The position numbers were made by a program, and so were the translations under genes. DNA of 38,349 bases from Sphingomonadaceae bacterium (lineage in GTDB: Bacteria; Chloroflexota; UBA6077): the NCBI GenBank assembly GCA_050261575.1, contig JBLNDL010000057.1, positions 62,001-100,349 of the forward strand. The letters are read 5' to 3'. Shown in pieces: positions 1-9,162 of the stretch (the first letter of the stretch is position 1; each line of letters starts with the position of its first letter). The notes beneath the pieces were generated by a model. That model saw nothing but the letters and a program-made list of their open reading frames with translations, was not told where the DNA came from and made no database searches.

Positions 1-320
1 TGGGAGGAACTGCTGGGAAGCCCGAAATACCAGGTCAAGAGGTTCCAGATGATGGCGCTGGCCAGCGCCACGATGATCACCGCCTGCGTGGAGGCGCTCG
101 GATCGATGATGCCCTTCCCCACCGTGGTGGCCACCGCCGTCCCAGACAGAGCGCCGAGGAAGTTGAGCCCTGCGGCCATGAAGATGGCCTGGCGCGGCGT
201 CAGCACCCGCGTTGCGACCACCGTGGCAATGGCGTTGGCCGTATCGTGGAAACCGTTGATGAAATCGAAGGCGACTGCCAGAAGCAGCACCACTCCCAGG
301 ACGATGAACCACTCAGGCAT
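1..320 (-). CDS. Inorganic phosphate transporter, PiT family (5' part; runs off window edge)
   Basis: Manual translation from ATG 320: MPEWFIVLGVVLLLAVAFDFINGFHDTANAIATVVATRVL, the PiT N-terminal GxHDxAN signature. Overlaps the DUF47 stop by 8 nt. Not in the ORF track. Confidence 0.93.
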   Translation of the reverse strand, partial: MPEWFIVLGVVLLLAVAFDFINGFHDTANAIATVVATRVLTPRQAIFMAAGLNFLGALSGTAVATTVGKGIIDPSASTQAVIIVALASAIIWNLLTWYFGLPSSSS

Positions 321-942
321 ACTTCAACACAATCGTCTGGAGCACGTCCGCCACGTCTTCGCAGCAGTCCGTGGCCTTCTCCAGCAATTCGTAGATTTCC
401 TTCCACTTGATGATCTTGATCACGTCGCTCTCTTCCCGGAACAGGGATGCGAGCACCTGTCGCCGCACCTCGTCGGCCTCGTTTTCCAGACGGTTGATCT
501 CCACGCAGTAGACCAGCATCTCCCGAATGTTGCGGCGGCTGCGCAGCACGGCGACCGCCTGGTAGAGCTGCTCGGCGGAATCGACGATGATATCCGTCAG
601 CAGCTTCGCCTGATCGGTTGGGCGGTCCACTCCGTACAGCACCATGGTATCCGCGGCGGCGTCCATCTGGTCCAGCACCGAGTCCATGGCCGCAGCCAAG
701 GCGTGGATGTCCTCCCGATCCAACGGGGTGACGAAGGTCCTGTTCAGCTCCGCGAACAGATCGTGGGTTATCCGATCCCCCTCGTGCTCCAGGCTCTCCA
801 GCTTCTTGACCAGGCGGGGGGCCTGGTCGTATCTGTCCATCAACTCGCGGAGAAGCTTCGCCCCCGCAAGAAGGTTCTTGGCATCCTCCTCGAACAGCTC
901 GAAGAACCTCTGAGACTGAGGAACGAGTCCCAGTCTTGCCAC
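313..942 (-). CDS. DUF47 / PhoU-like phosphate transport regulator
   Basis: Motifs LEHEGD, TFVTPLDREDI and LENEAD; adjacent to PiT. Start moved to GTG 942 after SD AAGGAG. Confidence 0.92.
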   Translation of the reverse strand: MARLGLVPQSQRFFELFEEDAKNLLAGAKLLRELMDRYDQAPRLVKKLESLEHEGDRITHDLFAELNRTFVTPLDREDIHALAAAMDSVLDQMDAAADTMVLYGVDRPTDQAKLLTDIIVDSAEQLYQAVAVLRSRRNIREMLVYCVEINRLENEADEVRRQVLASLFREESDVIKIIKWKEIYELLEKATDCCEDVADVLQTIVLKYA

Positions 943-1020
943 GTATTCGCTCCTTTCATAATCGCTGAGTGCAGGGCAGGGGTTCATCCCCTGCAGCATG
1001 GCGCCTCCCGGCGAGGGGGC

Positions 1021-1105
1021 GGCGGGGGACGAGCCCCCGACCTACGCCATGTCACCGGCGGGGGCGCAGCACTCTGCCCGCTCGCGTTACGAGCCCCCGA
1101 CCTAC
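1021..1105 (-). repeat. Two GTAG-type REP-like copies (17-bp direct repeat at 1029-1045 and 1089-1105)
   Basis: Minus strand GTAGGTCGGGGGCTCGT occurs twice, 60 bp apart. One copy continues as the palindrome CGGGGG-CTCGT-CCCCCG; the other overlaps the TAG stop of the upstream gene. Confidence 0.6.
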
Positions 1106-3318
1106 TCCTCTAGAATCACATCCAGGTTTCCCGCGTTGCGCACGTCGACCTGCACCTTCCCGCTATCCCTCACGAAGGCCAGGTCCAACAGGCTACCGCC
1201 TACCCGCAGCCTCCGCAGGGTCAGGCGGTTGAGCCAGGAGGGCAAAACCGGCTTCACGTAGAGCACCGCTCGGGTCGCATCGGGCCGCAAACCGAGCGTC
1301 TGCTGAAGCATCAGGAACACCGAAGCTGCGGACCACGCCTGCGGGCTGCACGACACCGGGTATTGGGCGGGCATCGAGTAGTAGTGCCGGTCGCGGTCGA
1401 ACCCGCAGTACAGCTCGGGCAGCCGGTACCCGTCAAACCTCAAGCCCGCCTCGTACACCTCGGTGAACAGGCGGGCCGCCTCCTGCTCGTAGCCGTACCT
1501 CCTCAGCCCCGCCATGATCAGCGAGTTATCGTGCGGCCACACCGAGCCGTTGTGGTAGCTCATCGGGTTGAAATTGGGCTCGAGGCTGCTCATGGTCCGT
1601 ATGCCCCAGCCGGACAGCATGTCCGCCGCCATCAGCCGCTTCACCACCAGAGACGCCTTGTCCACAGAAAGGACACCAGACCAGAGACAATGCCCGGGAT
1701 TGGATGTTACCACGGGAACGGCTCTTCCGCCTACGTCGAGGGCCTGAGCGAGATACTGTTCTTCCTCCAGCCAGAACCGCTCCTCGAACCGCGCCTTGAG
1801 AGCCGCCGCCTCGGCCAGCAACTCCTCCGCACGGCTAGCCTCCCCCAATCCTGCCAGCAGCTCCGCCACCCTCACCCGGGCATCGTAGGCATACCCCTGC
1901 ACCTCCACCAGGGCTATGGGGGGCTCCACTGGCGTCCCGTCGCGCCAGCACACCGAGTTGGCGGAGTCCTTCCAACCCTGGTTCCTGATACCCCGCTCGG
2001 ATCGGCTCTTGTACTCGATGAAGCCGTCACCGTTCAGGTCGCCGTGCCGCCGAACCCACTCGAGGGCCCGCTCCATCGGCTCCCGAAGCTCGGCAACTAG
2101 GCTCCAATCGCCCGTCCACCTCACCAACTCGCTCAGCAGGATGAGGAAGAGCGGAGTGGCATCGACCGTCCCGTAGTAGGAGTCGTGCGGGACCTCACCC
2201 AACTGTGCCATCTCGCCCAGCCGAATCTCGTGGAGTATCTTCCCAGGCTCCTCGTCGCGCCAGTCATTGAACTCCGAGCCCTGGTACTCGGCCAGCAGCC
2301 GCAGGCTGCCGTAGGCAAGCTCGGGCTGCAGCATCAGCGACTGATAGGAGGTGATCAGGCAGTCGCGCCCGAAAGGCACGCAGAACCAGGGGATACCGGC
2401 CGCCGGCAGCCACCCCGTCGGCAGCTCGTTGACCAGCAGCCGCAGATCGCTGAGGGAACGGTGCACCAGGGCGTCGAACAGCTCGTTGTCCGATGAGATC
2501 GCCGTGCAACTGTCGATCCACTCCTGATGGGATCGGGCGACCGTCGCGTATTCCACGTCCAAAGGCACCACGCTGGCGGCCAAATCGCCCACGAGGGGCT
2601 GGATGTGCAGGGTAATGAAGACCGGCTGGCGTGGGGGCAGGGTGAAACGGTAGCAGGCAACCGCGTGAGGGGGGCGCACCCGCTGCTCGAACCTGGGATC
2701 GCGAGGATCGGTCCAGGCCTCGGGGCGATGCTCCTCGTCGCCAGGGCAGATCTCGATGTCCGTCGGGTCGCTCTCGAAGCTGATCTGGGTCCTCCGGATC
2801 ACCCCATCCAACCCCCGGTAGTTCAGCCAGATCGTTCGCCCCTCCACGGTCGGCTCGGCAACCACCCCATGCCTGGACCTCGTGGCATAGCCCCGTACGT
2901 CGAACATGTCACGGAAGTCCGAGCCGAAGGCCAACCTGACGGTCAGATCCACCGGGAACGGGTTGAAGCTGAAGAAACCGATACGCTCGTGGAGCCCATC
3001 GCGGATGAACCGGTTGCGGCGAACGCTGATGGTGCGAGCCTCGATGGGAGTGCCATCACGCAGCGCGCCGGGGTTATTGGTGAACTGCAGGTTGCCCATG
3101 AAGCTCTGATCGCCGGCCGCGGAGAGCAGGGAGATGGACACCTCGTCGAGGCTCATCTCGTACATGCTGAGGAATCGGGTGTCCCGGAAGTACAGCCCCT
3201 GCCCCTCCATGCTGAGGGCATGGATGTCCCCCCCGATGTCGCACACCAGGAAGACTTCGTTCTCTTTCAGAACGGTCCGGCTATCGAAGGATAAGGCGGT
3301 TCTGTGATCGGTAGACAT
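1102..3318 (-). CDS. Amylo-alpha-1,6-glucosidase / glycogen debranching enzyme-like (GDE_N_bis + GDE_C)
   Basis: 738 aa; motifs GLYFRDTRFLS, AGIPWF..FGRD, EEPGKILHE, YYGTVDATPL, NQGWKDS, YHNGSVWPHDN, CSPQAW. Confidence 0.9.
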   Translation of the reverse strand: MSTDHRTALSFDSRTVLKENEVFLVCDIGGDIHALSMEGQGLYFRDTRFLSMYEMSLDEVSISLLSAAGDQSFMGNLQFTNNPGALRDGTPIEARTISVRRNRFIRDGLHERIGFFSFNPFPVDLTVRLAFGSDFRDMFDVRGYATRSRHGVVAEPTVEGRTIWLNYRGLDGVIRRTQISFESDPTDIEICPGDEEHRPEAWTDPRDPRFEQRVRPPHAVACYRFTLPPRQPVFITLHIQPLVGDLAASVVPLDVEYATVARSHQEWIDSCTAISSDNELFDALVHRSLSDLRLLVNELPTGWLPAAGIPWFCVPFGRDCLITSYQSLMLQPELAYGSLRLLAEYQGSEFNDWRDEEPGKILHEIRLGEMAQLGEVPHDSYYGTVDATPLFLILLSELVRWTGDWSLVAELREPMERALEWVRRHGDLNGDGFIEYKSRSERGIRNQGWKDSANSVCWRDGTPVEPPIALVEVQGYAYDARVRVAELLAGLGEASRAEELLAEAAALKARFEERFWLEEEQYLAQALDVGGRAVPVVTSNPGHCLWSGVLSVDKASLVVKRLMAADMLSGWGIRTMSSLEPNFNPMSYHNGSVWPHDNSLIMAGLRRYGYEQEAARLFTEVYEAGLRFDGYRLPELYCGFDRDRHYYSMPAQYPVSCSPQAWSAASVFLMLQQTLGLRPDATRAVLYVKPVLPSWLNRLTLRRLRVGGSLLDLAFVRDSGKVQVDVRNAGNLDVILEE

Positions 3319-3378
3319 TATCGCTAGTGGGGGCGATGGCCGGTCGTCCTGGCGGCAGGAGCGGCTGGCCGGTCACTC

Positions 3379-4044
3379 CTACGAGGCTGGACCCTCCAAG
3401 TCCGGACACAGGTCCAGCAACTCGCGTATCGACCGCAGCGCGAAATCCGGCTTGTATTCCAAGAGTGGCTCCTTCGGGAAGGGGCCCCAGAGGGCGGCAG
3501 CCACCTTGGTGCCCGCTTCTCGCCCCGCCTTCATGTCGAATAGGCTGTCCCCCACGTAGAGGGTCTCCTCTGGACGAGCCCCCAGCAGCTCGATGCCTCG
3601 AAGGATCGGCTCCGGATGGGGCTTGTGGTTGGTCGTGTCGTCGACGCAGACGAGTGGCTCCACCAGTTGCTGGAGCCCGTACAGCCCCATGCCTCGCAGC
3701 GCGGTGTTGCGCTCCTTGGATGTTACCACCCCCATCGGGTAGCCGCGACGCTTCAACTCCACGAGCACCTCCACGGTGCCTGGAAACGGCTTGATCAGGC
3801 TGTCGTGCAGCTCCTCCTGGACATTCCGCCACAGGACGAACATCTCGTCGATGCGATGCCGCAGTTCGGGGTACAGCCTCCACAACTGATCCCTCAGCGG
3901 CCTGCCGAAGCCCTTCAGGATCTCGGCGTCGGTCGGCGGATTCTCCACCAGCCTGCTGACGCTGTTACGATAGCAACTGAGGATCAGGTCCGTGGTATCG
4001 ATAAGGGTCCCATCCAGATCGAAAAGCAGATATCTGATTGCCAT
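3379..4044 (-). CDS. HAD-superfamily hydrolase, PpaX/phosphoglycolate phosphatase-like
   Basis: FDLDGTLIDT (motif I), VVTSK, KPHPEP, YVGDS..D. Confidence 0.9.
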   Translation of the reverse strand: MAIRYLLFDLDGTLIDTTDLILSCYRNSVSRLVENPPTDAEILKGFGRPLRDQLWRLYPELRHRIDEMFVLWRNVQEELHDSLIKPFPGTVEVLVELKRRGYPMGVVTSKERNTALRGMGLYGLQQLVEPLVCVDDTTNHKPHPEPILRGIELLGARPEETLYVGDSLFDMKAGREAGTKVAAALWGPFPKEPLLEYKPDFALRSIRELLDLCPDLEGPAS

Positions 4045-4056
4045 CTTCCTACTGAC

Positions 4057-5343
4057 TCACTGCATCAACTCGCGGCGACGGATCACCTGCCTCCGGCTGG
4101 CCCCCACCCCGACGACGTCCACCGGGACTCCCAGCAACTCCTGGAGCCGAGCCAGGTACCGAGTGGCCGCGGGCGGAAGGGACTCGAAGCCGCGAACATC
4201 CGCGAGGGAGCTATCCCAGCCTTCCATCGTCTCGTACACCGGCTGGCATCGGCCCAGATCATCCGGGTCGGCCGGAACGTAGTCGATCACCTTGCCGTCC
4301 AAGCGGTAGGCCACGCAGATCTTGATCTCGGGCAGCTCGTCCAGCACGTCCAGCTTGGTGACCGCTATCGAGGTGAAGCCGTTGACGCGAGCGGAGTGAG
4401 CGCCCGCCACGGCGTCGAACCAACCGCACCGCCTCGGCCTGCCTGTGGTTGTGCCGAACTCGTGTCCCCTCTCCCTGAGCCGATCCCCAGTCTCGTCGTG
4501 CAACTCCGTAGGCATCGGCCCGCCGCCGACACGGGTGCAGTAGGCCTTGTAGACGCCGATGGCGACGTCGAGCTGGGTGGGGCCGATTCCAGCCCCGAGG
4601 CACAGTCCGGCCACCGTAGGGGAGGAGGAGGTAACGTAGGGATAGGTGCCGTGGTCGGGGTCCAGCATCGTTCCGTGAGCCCCCTCCAGCAGGACGTTTC
4701 GCTTCTGCTCGATGGCTTCGTGGATGATGGGACCGGTCTCCTTGATGTAGGGTCTGAGCCGAGCGGCGTAACCTGCGAATGCCTCCATCATGGACTCCAG
4801 GTCGAAGGGCTCAGCCCCATATACCCTGGTCAAGAGGGCGTTCTTCGCCGCCAGAACCCGCGCCAGCTTGGTCCGGAAGCTGTCGATGTCCATCAAATCG
4901 CCGACCCTCAGGCCATCGCGGGAGGTCTTATCCATGTAGGCGGGGCCGATGCCTCGCCCTGTCGTGCCTATGCGGCCCGCGCCGCGCCCTTCCTCCTGCA
5001 GCCTGTCCAGCAGCAGGTGGTAGGGCATGACCATGTGCGCCCTGTTGCTGATCACCAGTCCCGAGGTGTTTACCCCCCGCTGGAGCAGTCCATCCAACTC
5101 CTCCAGCAGGATCGCGGGATCCAGCACCACACCCGGTCCCACCACGCACACCGTGGACGGATTGAAGATGCCCGCCGGCACCAGATGCAGCGCGAACTTC
5201 CCCTGTTCGTTGACCACGGTGTGCCCGGCGTTGTTGCCACCGTGGGATCGGATGACCACGTCCGCCTGCTGTGCAAGCAGGTCGATCACCTTCCCTTTGC
5301 CCTCGTCACCCCATTGGCCGCCGACTACGCCCACGATAGCCAT
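4057..5343 (-). CDS. purA: Adenylosuccinate synthetase
   Basis: QWGDEGKGK, GGNNAGHT, GTTGRGIGPAY, DHGTYPYVTSS, EFGTTTGRPRRCGW. Start ATG 5343 with SD GAGGGGAG. Confidence 0.98.
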   Translation of the reverse strand: MAIVGVVGGQWGDEGKGKVIDLLAQQADVVIRSHGGNNAGHTVVNEQGKFALHLVPAGIFNPSTVCVVGPGVVLDPAILLEELDGLLQRGVNTSGLVISNRAHMVMPYHLLLDRLQEEGRGAGRIGTTGRGIGPAYMDKTSRDGLRVGDLMDIDSFRTKLARVLAAKNALLTRVYGAEPFDLESMMEAFAGYAARLRPYIKETGPIIHEAIEQKRNVLLEGAHGTMLDPDHGTYPYVTSSSPTVAGLCLGAGIGPTQLDVAIGVYKAYCTRVGGGPMPTELHDETGDRLRERGHEFGTTTGRPRRCGWFDAVAGAHSARVNGFTSIAVTKLDVLDELPEIKICVAYRLDGKVIDYVPADPDDLGRCQPVYETMEGWDSSLADVRGFESLPPAATRYLARLQELLGVPVDVVGVGASRRQVIRRRELMQ

Positions 5344-5545
5344 TCGCGCCGCTCCCCTCTGCCCGCCTCGCGCAAGCACTGATGATCTTCGTCCACGCAG
5401 TGCGAGAGGGACCGTCAGCCCGCCGGACGCGCCGAGCACCCACCGGGGGTTCCCCCTGGGCAGGCGGATGCGTGCACGCCACAATTAGGGGCCGGCACGA
5501 TGCCGACCCCGGTAGGGCCTTCGAACTGGCCCCTCTTCTGCCGAC
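5344..5545 (-). promoter_or_regulatory. Long structured 5' leader of purA (candidate cis-regulatory RNA)
   Basis: Several nested stems readable by eye (see findings), lying between an extended -10 and the purA SD. Confidence 0.55.
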
Positions 5546-5550
5546 TAGCT

Positions 5551-5559
5551 ATTATATCA
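5551..5559 (-). promoter_or_regulatory. Extended -10 promoter element (TGA-TATAAT) for purA
   Basis: Perfect TGnTATAAT in 67%-like GC context, about 205 nt upstream of the purA ATG. Confidence 0.7.
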
Positions 5560-5605
5560 CAGCGACGCTCTCCGCCCTTCCAACTCCTCACCTTCGTTGC
5601 ACGGC

Positions 5606-5980
5606 TCACGAATGGCGTGGCATCTCCTCGCCCTCCCTGGGGGTCAGCCCCTCTCCAACCCCTGGCGGTGCCGCATCGAGCACGTTCCCTCGCGGGTCGT
5701 TCTCTTGGCCGAAGGCACCCTGATCGTATGCCTCGTCCCCGGCGCCCGGACGGGACTCCCCCCATCCCTCTCCGACCAGCTCCGACCATGCCTCGGCGCT
5801 AACGTCCTCCTGCGCCACGACGTTCGAGCCCGGAGGCAGATGCTCGTCCCCGGTCGCCACGAAGGGACCGTTTTCGGGGTGGTCAAGATCGAAGTAGACC
5901 TGGCCTGGCTCCAATCGGATGCGGCGCCGTCCTCGCAACTGGGCGGCCGTTGCCCTCTCCGGGGTCTCACCCTGTGCCAC
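5606..5980 (-). CDS. Hypothetical acidic protein (~124 aa)
   Basis: GTG 5980 preceded by SD GGGAGG. Protein-like core GQVYFDLDHPENGPFVATG. The longer ORF start overlaps the upstream gene. Confidence 0.65.
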   Translation of the reverse strand: MAQGETPERATAAQLRGRRRIRLEPGQVYFDLDHPENGPFVATGDEHLPPGSNVVAQEDVSAEAWSELVGEGWGESRPGAGDEAYDQGAFGQENDPRGNVLDAAPPGVGEGLTPREGEEMPRHS

Positions 5981-6045
5981 TTGCGCGCCTCCCTCATCAC
6001 GGGATCTGAGCCGCCGCCCGCAGTTGCTGCGCCTGGGCGGGGCGC

Positions 6046-7425
6046 TTAGCGGAAGCGGGGCAATAACTGTGCCCCCCGGCGCCAGACCCCAAGGCACAGC
6101 AGGGCGAAGAGGGGCAGGTACTCCAACGCCCTTACCCAGACCCAGAGGGAGGAGCCCACTCGAGGCAGGTAGGTCAGATCCGTCAGCGTGACGGACCCGG
6201 AGAGAAGCAGCCATCCCAGCGACGGCTGCAGCCGTGGAAGGGCGTTGCGTCCCGAGGCGAGGGTGAAGCTGAGGAACGGCACTATCCAGGTAAGGTACCA
6301 GGGCTCGACCACCGGGTTAAGCAGCAAGAAGAGACCGAGCAGCACGTAAGTATCCACCAGCAGCCGCTTCCAGTCCGCCCCATGCTTCCACAGCAACCCC
6401 AGCAGCAGCGTGCCGGACAGCAGTAGCAGCCCTCCGGCCACGACTCTGGCCGCTGACTCGGAGTCGGGTACCATCCGATCCAGAAGTCGTACCAGCAGGT
6501 AGCCGAAGCTGTCGTTGAACCGGGCATCAGCGGCCTCCGCCAAGATTCCGCCGGCAGCCGTCCCCGCCCCCAGCCACGGCAGCAGCCCCGTGGCCGTCAC
6601 CAACCCCATGGCCACGAGACCGCTCACTCCCCAAAGCGGCAGGAAGAGCGGAGCCAAGATCACCGGAACCAGCTTCACCAGCACGGAGACACCCAAGAGT
6701 GCACCGCTCAGCGCCTTCCTTCCCAGAGCAACCAGGTAGAGTGCCCCCAGGAGCGGCAGGACCATGGCGGCATCGTAGTGGGCGCTGTGTGCGAACTGGA
6801 GCAAGACCAGCGGGTTCCAGGCGTAGACCAGCACCCTGCGGCGATCCACGCCGAAGCGAGCCAACATGGGGATCAGCAGAAGGACGACCCCCAGATCGAA
6901 TGCCACGGCCATCACCTGCATCGCCTTCAGGCTGTCGGGCGCCAGCCTGTAGGCCAGGGCGAAGAGCGCCTCCGCCATCGGCGGATAGGGGGTGGCCATA
7001 GACTTGTGGTTGATGCCCTCCCACAGGTCATCACGCAGCGACTCCAGTTCGGGGGCCACGGGAGGATAGCGGTAAGGATCGAGCCCGGCGTTCAGCAGCT
7101 TCCCGTCCCACACGTAGCGGAAGACGTCATCGGACAGGCTCGGAGTGGTGGCCAGAAGTCCCACACGGAGTAGTACAGCCACCCCGAGGACGAGCACCAG
7201 ATCGCCCGCCCACCCCGGGCTCTCCGTCCGCCGCTGCTCCCGCGCAAGCACCGCCATCACGGCAAGCAAGTAGAAGCCGAACGAGACCAAAAACCACGCG
7301 GCGTGTCGAACGAGGTCGGCTCCGGGGGCAAGACGCAGGGCAGCGACCACGTAGCTGCCGATACCGCAGCCGCACAGCAGCAACAACACTCGGAATCTGA
7401 TTGGGGAAGACAAGAGACTCGTCAC
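6046..7425 (-). CDS. Membrane glycosyltransferase, GT-C fold (GT87/mannosyltransferase-like)
   Basis: LSDDVFRYVWDG, YPP, YAWNPL, H.D, VEPWY motifs; many TM helices. Confidence 0.85.
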   Translation of the reverse strand: MTSLLSSPIRFRVLLLLCGCGIGSYVVAALRLAPGADLVRHAAWFLVSFGFYLLAVMAVLAREQRRTESPGWAGDLVLVLGVAVLLRVGLLATTPSLSDDVFRYVWDGKLLNAGLDPYRYPPVAPELESLRDDLWEGINHKSMATPYPPMAEALFALAYRLAPDSLKAMQVMAVAFDLGVVLLLIPMLARFGVDRRRVLVYAWNPLVLLQFAHSAHYDAAMVLPLLGALYLVALGRKALSGALLGVSVLVKLVPVILAPLFLPLWGVSGLVAMGLVTATGLLPWLGAGTAAGGILAEAADARFNDSFGYLLVRLLDRMVPDSESAARVVAGGLLLLSGTLLLGLLWKHGADWKRLLVDTYVLLGLFLLLNPVVEPWYLTWIVPFLSFTLASGRNALPRLQPSLGWLLLSGSVTLTDLTYLPRVGSSLWVWVRALEYLPLFALLCLGVWRRGAQLLPRFR

Positions 7426-7637
7426 CGATACTCCAGGTGCAGCGGGAGCCGCCTGATCATGATAGCAGAAGCATGGCTATCCATGTCTCCGGATTGGCCG
7501 ACGTTCCGAGGGTCGACGAAGGCCGGCCTGGTGGCACCTTGAGTGCGATTCCAAGGCACCGACGGCCCTGGCACGTCAGTTGCCTGAAAGCTCTTAATCT
7601 GACCACACCTAACGCTGCATATCGAGGGAAAACCGCC

Positions 7638-8378
7638 ATGCCCACCATCGCCGCCGTCGCGGACATCCACTGCCACGAGCACATGAGGGGGCAGTTGGCA
7701 GAGGCTTTTCGCGACGTGAACGACCGGGCAGGCGTCCTGGTGTTGGCTGGCGACATCACCGCCAGCGGACAGCTCAGCGAAGCCAGAGAGCTGCTGCGAG
7801 AGTTGCGGACCGTCAGCGTGCCCATCGTGGCAGTCCTCGGCAACCACGACTACGAGCATCAGCAGCAGGACCAGATCCACGATCTCCTGAAAGCCAACGG
7901 CATATACGTTCTGGATGGCGACGGGGTCGAACTGGACATCCAGGGCGAGAGGATCGGGTTCGCCGGCACGAAGGGCTTCGCCGGAGGCTTCGGACGGTAC
8001 CTGCTGACGGGCTTCGGAGAACAGGCCATCAAGGACTTCGTCCTCACCGGCATCGTGGAGGTGGAGAAGCTGGAGCGTGCGCTTTCACAGCTACGCACCG
8101 AGCGGCGGGTAGTCGTCCTCCACTACTCCCCAATCCGCGAGACCCTCGTGGGTGAGCCGCTGGAGCTGTACCCTTTCCTTGGCAACTCCGAGCTGTGCAG
8201 GCCGATCGACAACTTCGGCGCCGAGGTGGTGTTCCACGGCCACAGCCACTACGGGTCGGTGTTCGGGCACACCAGGGCGGGCATCCCCGTCTTCAACGTC
8301 GCCCAGACCCTGGTTGTAAGTTACCACCTCTTCGAGCTGCCCGAGGTCAGGGTGTCAGCAGAGGCGGTCAATGAGTGA
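7638..8378 (+). CDS. Calcineurin-like metallophosphoesterase
   Basis: DIH, GD, GNHD, H(YSP), GHSH motifs. ATG 7638 after GAGGG. Confidence 0.92.
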   Translation: MPTIAAVADIHCHEHMRGQLAEAFRDVNDRAGVLVLAGDITASGQLSEARELLRELRTVSVPIVAVLGNHDYEHQQQDQIHDLLKANGIYVLDGDGVELDIQGERIGFAGTKGFAGGFGRYLLTGFGEQAIKDFVLTGIVEVEKLERALSQLRTERRVVVLHYSPIRETLVGEPLELYPFLGNSELCRPIDNFGAEVVFHGHSHYGSVFGHTRAGIPVFNVAQTLVVSYHLFELPEVRVSAEAVNE

Positions 8379-9051
8379 GGAGCGGCCCACATCCCGAAGC
8401 TGGATCTTCGTCAAGGTGCTTAGGCAGACGGTGGATGTCCTGCAGGCAGCCCACATCCCCTTCCTCGTGGCCGGCGGGGTCGCTGCCAAGGCATATGGCA
8501 AGCGGCGCACCACTCACGACATCGACATCTTCGTGAAACCCTCCGACGCCCCCCGAGCCTTGCGGGCGCTGGCAGAGGCTGGCTTCGATACCGAGGTTAC
8601 CTACCCCGAGTGGCTGTACAAGGCGTTCAAGTACCACGTGATGGTGGATATCATCTTCAAGTCCGCGGGGAACATCATCGTCGACGACGAGACCCTCAGC
8701 CGAGCAAGACACCAAGAGTTTCGCGGTAGGGTGCTCCCGCTCGTGCCCCCCGAGGTGCTGATGCTGATGAAGGTCTTCGCCCTCACCGACACCCACGCCG
8801 CCAACACACACTGGCGGCACTGGCGGGACGCCGTGTCGCTGGCGCGCAACGTGCCGCTGGATTGGGAATTCCTCTACCGTAAGGCTCTCCAACTGGACCC
8901 CCGCATCGTGCTCGGCTTCCTCCTGCTCTCCCGGGTCGAGGGGGTCAAGCCGGACACCGAGACGGTCGCGAGGCTGTGCGAAGTGGTCGGCGCCGCCGCC
9001 GCAGCGGAGGCCGCCAGGCGGAGGGAGGCCGCCCCCGCCGAGGCAGCCTGA
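8371..9051 (+). CDS. Pol-beta-superfamily nucleotidyltransferase, uncharacterised
   Basis: hhGG.A...YG..R.ThDIDh motif (GG...DxD) plus a third Asp (VDIIF). 8-nt overlap with the phosphoesterase. Confidence 0.85.
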   Translation: MSEERPTSRSWIFVKVLRQTVDVLQAAHIPFLVAGGVAAKAYGKRRTTHDIDIFVKPSDAPRALRALAEAGFDTEVTYPEWLYKAFKYHVMVDIIFKSAGNIIVDDETLSRARHQEFRGRVLPLVPPEVLMLMKVFALTDTHAANTHWRHWRDAVSLARNVPLDWEFLYRKALQLDPRIVLGFLLLSRVEGVKPDTETVARLCEVVGAAAAAEAARRREAAPAEAA

Positions 9052-9162
9052 GAGCGGAGCCCCCCGGCCTTGCAGGCAACTAGCCCCACCGTCTATTCTG
9101 AGAGGGTGTTTTAGGGAAACATCGCCCCCGCGCTGCACTCCGAGATGAAGGGAAACCCTCAC

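Noticed and set aside
49..1113. 354-aa plus-strand ORF
   Set aside because: Antisense to PiT/DUF47; no independent coding signal.
3616..5382. 588-aa plus-strand ORF
   Set aside because: Antisense shadow of purA/HAD, expected in high-GC DNA; no motifs.
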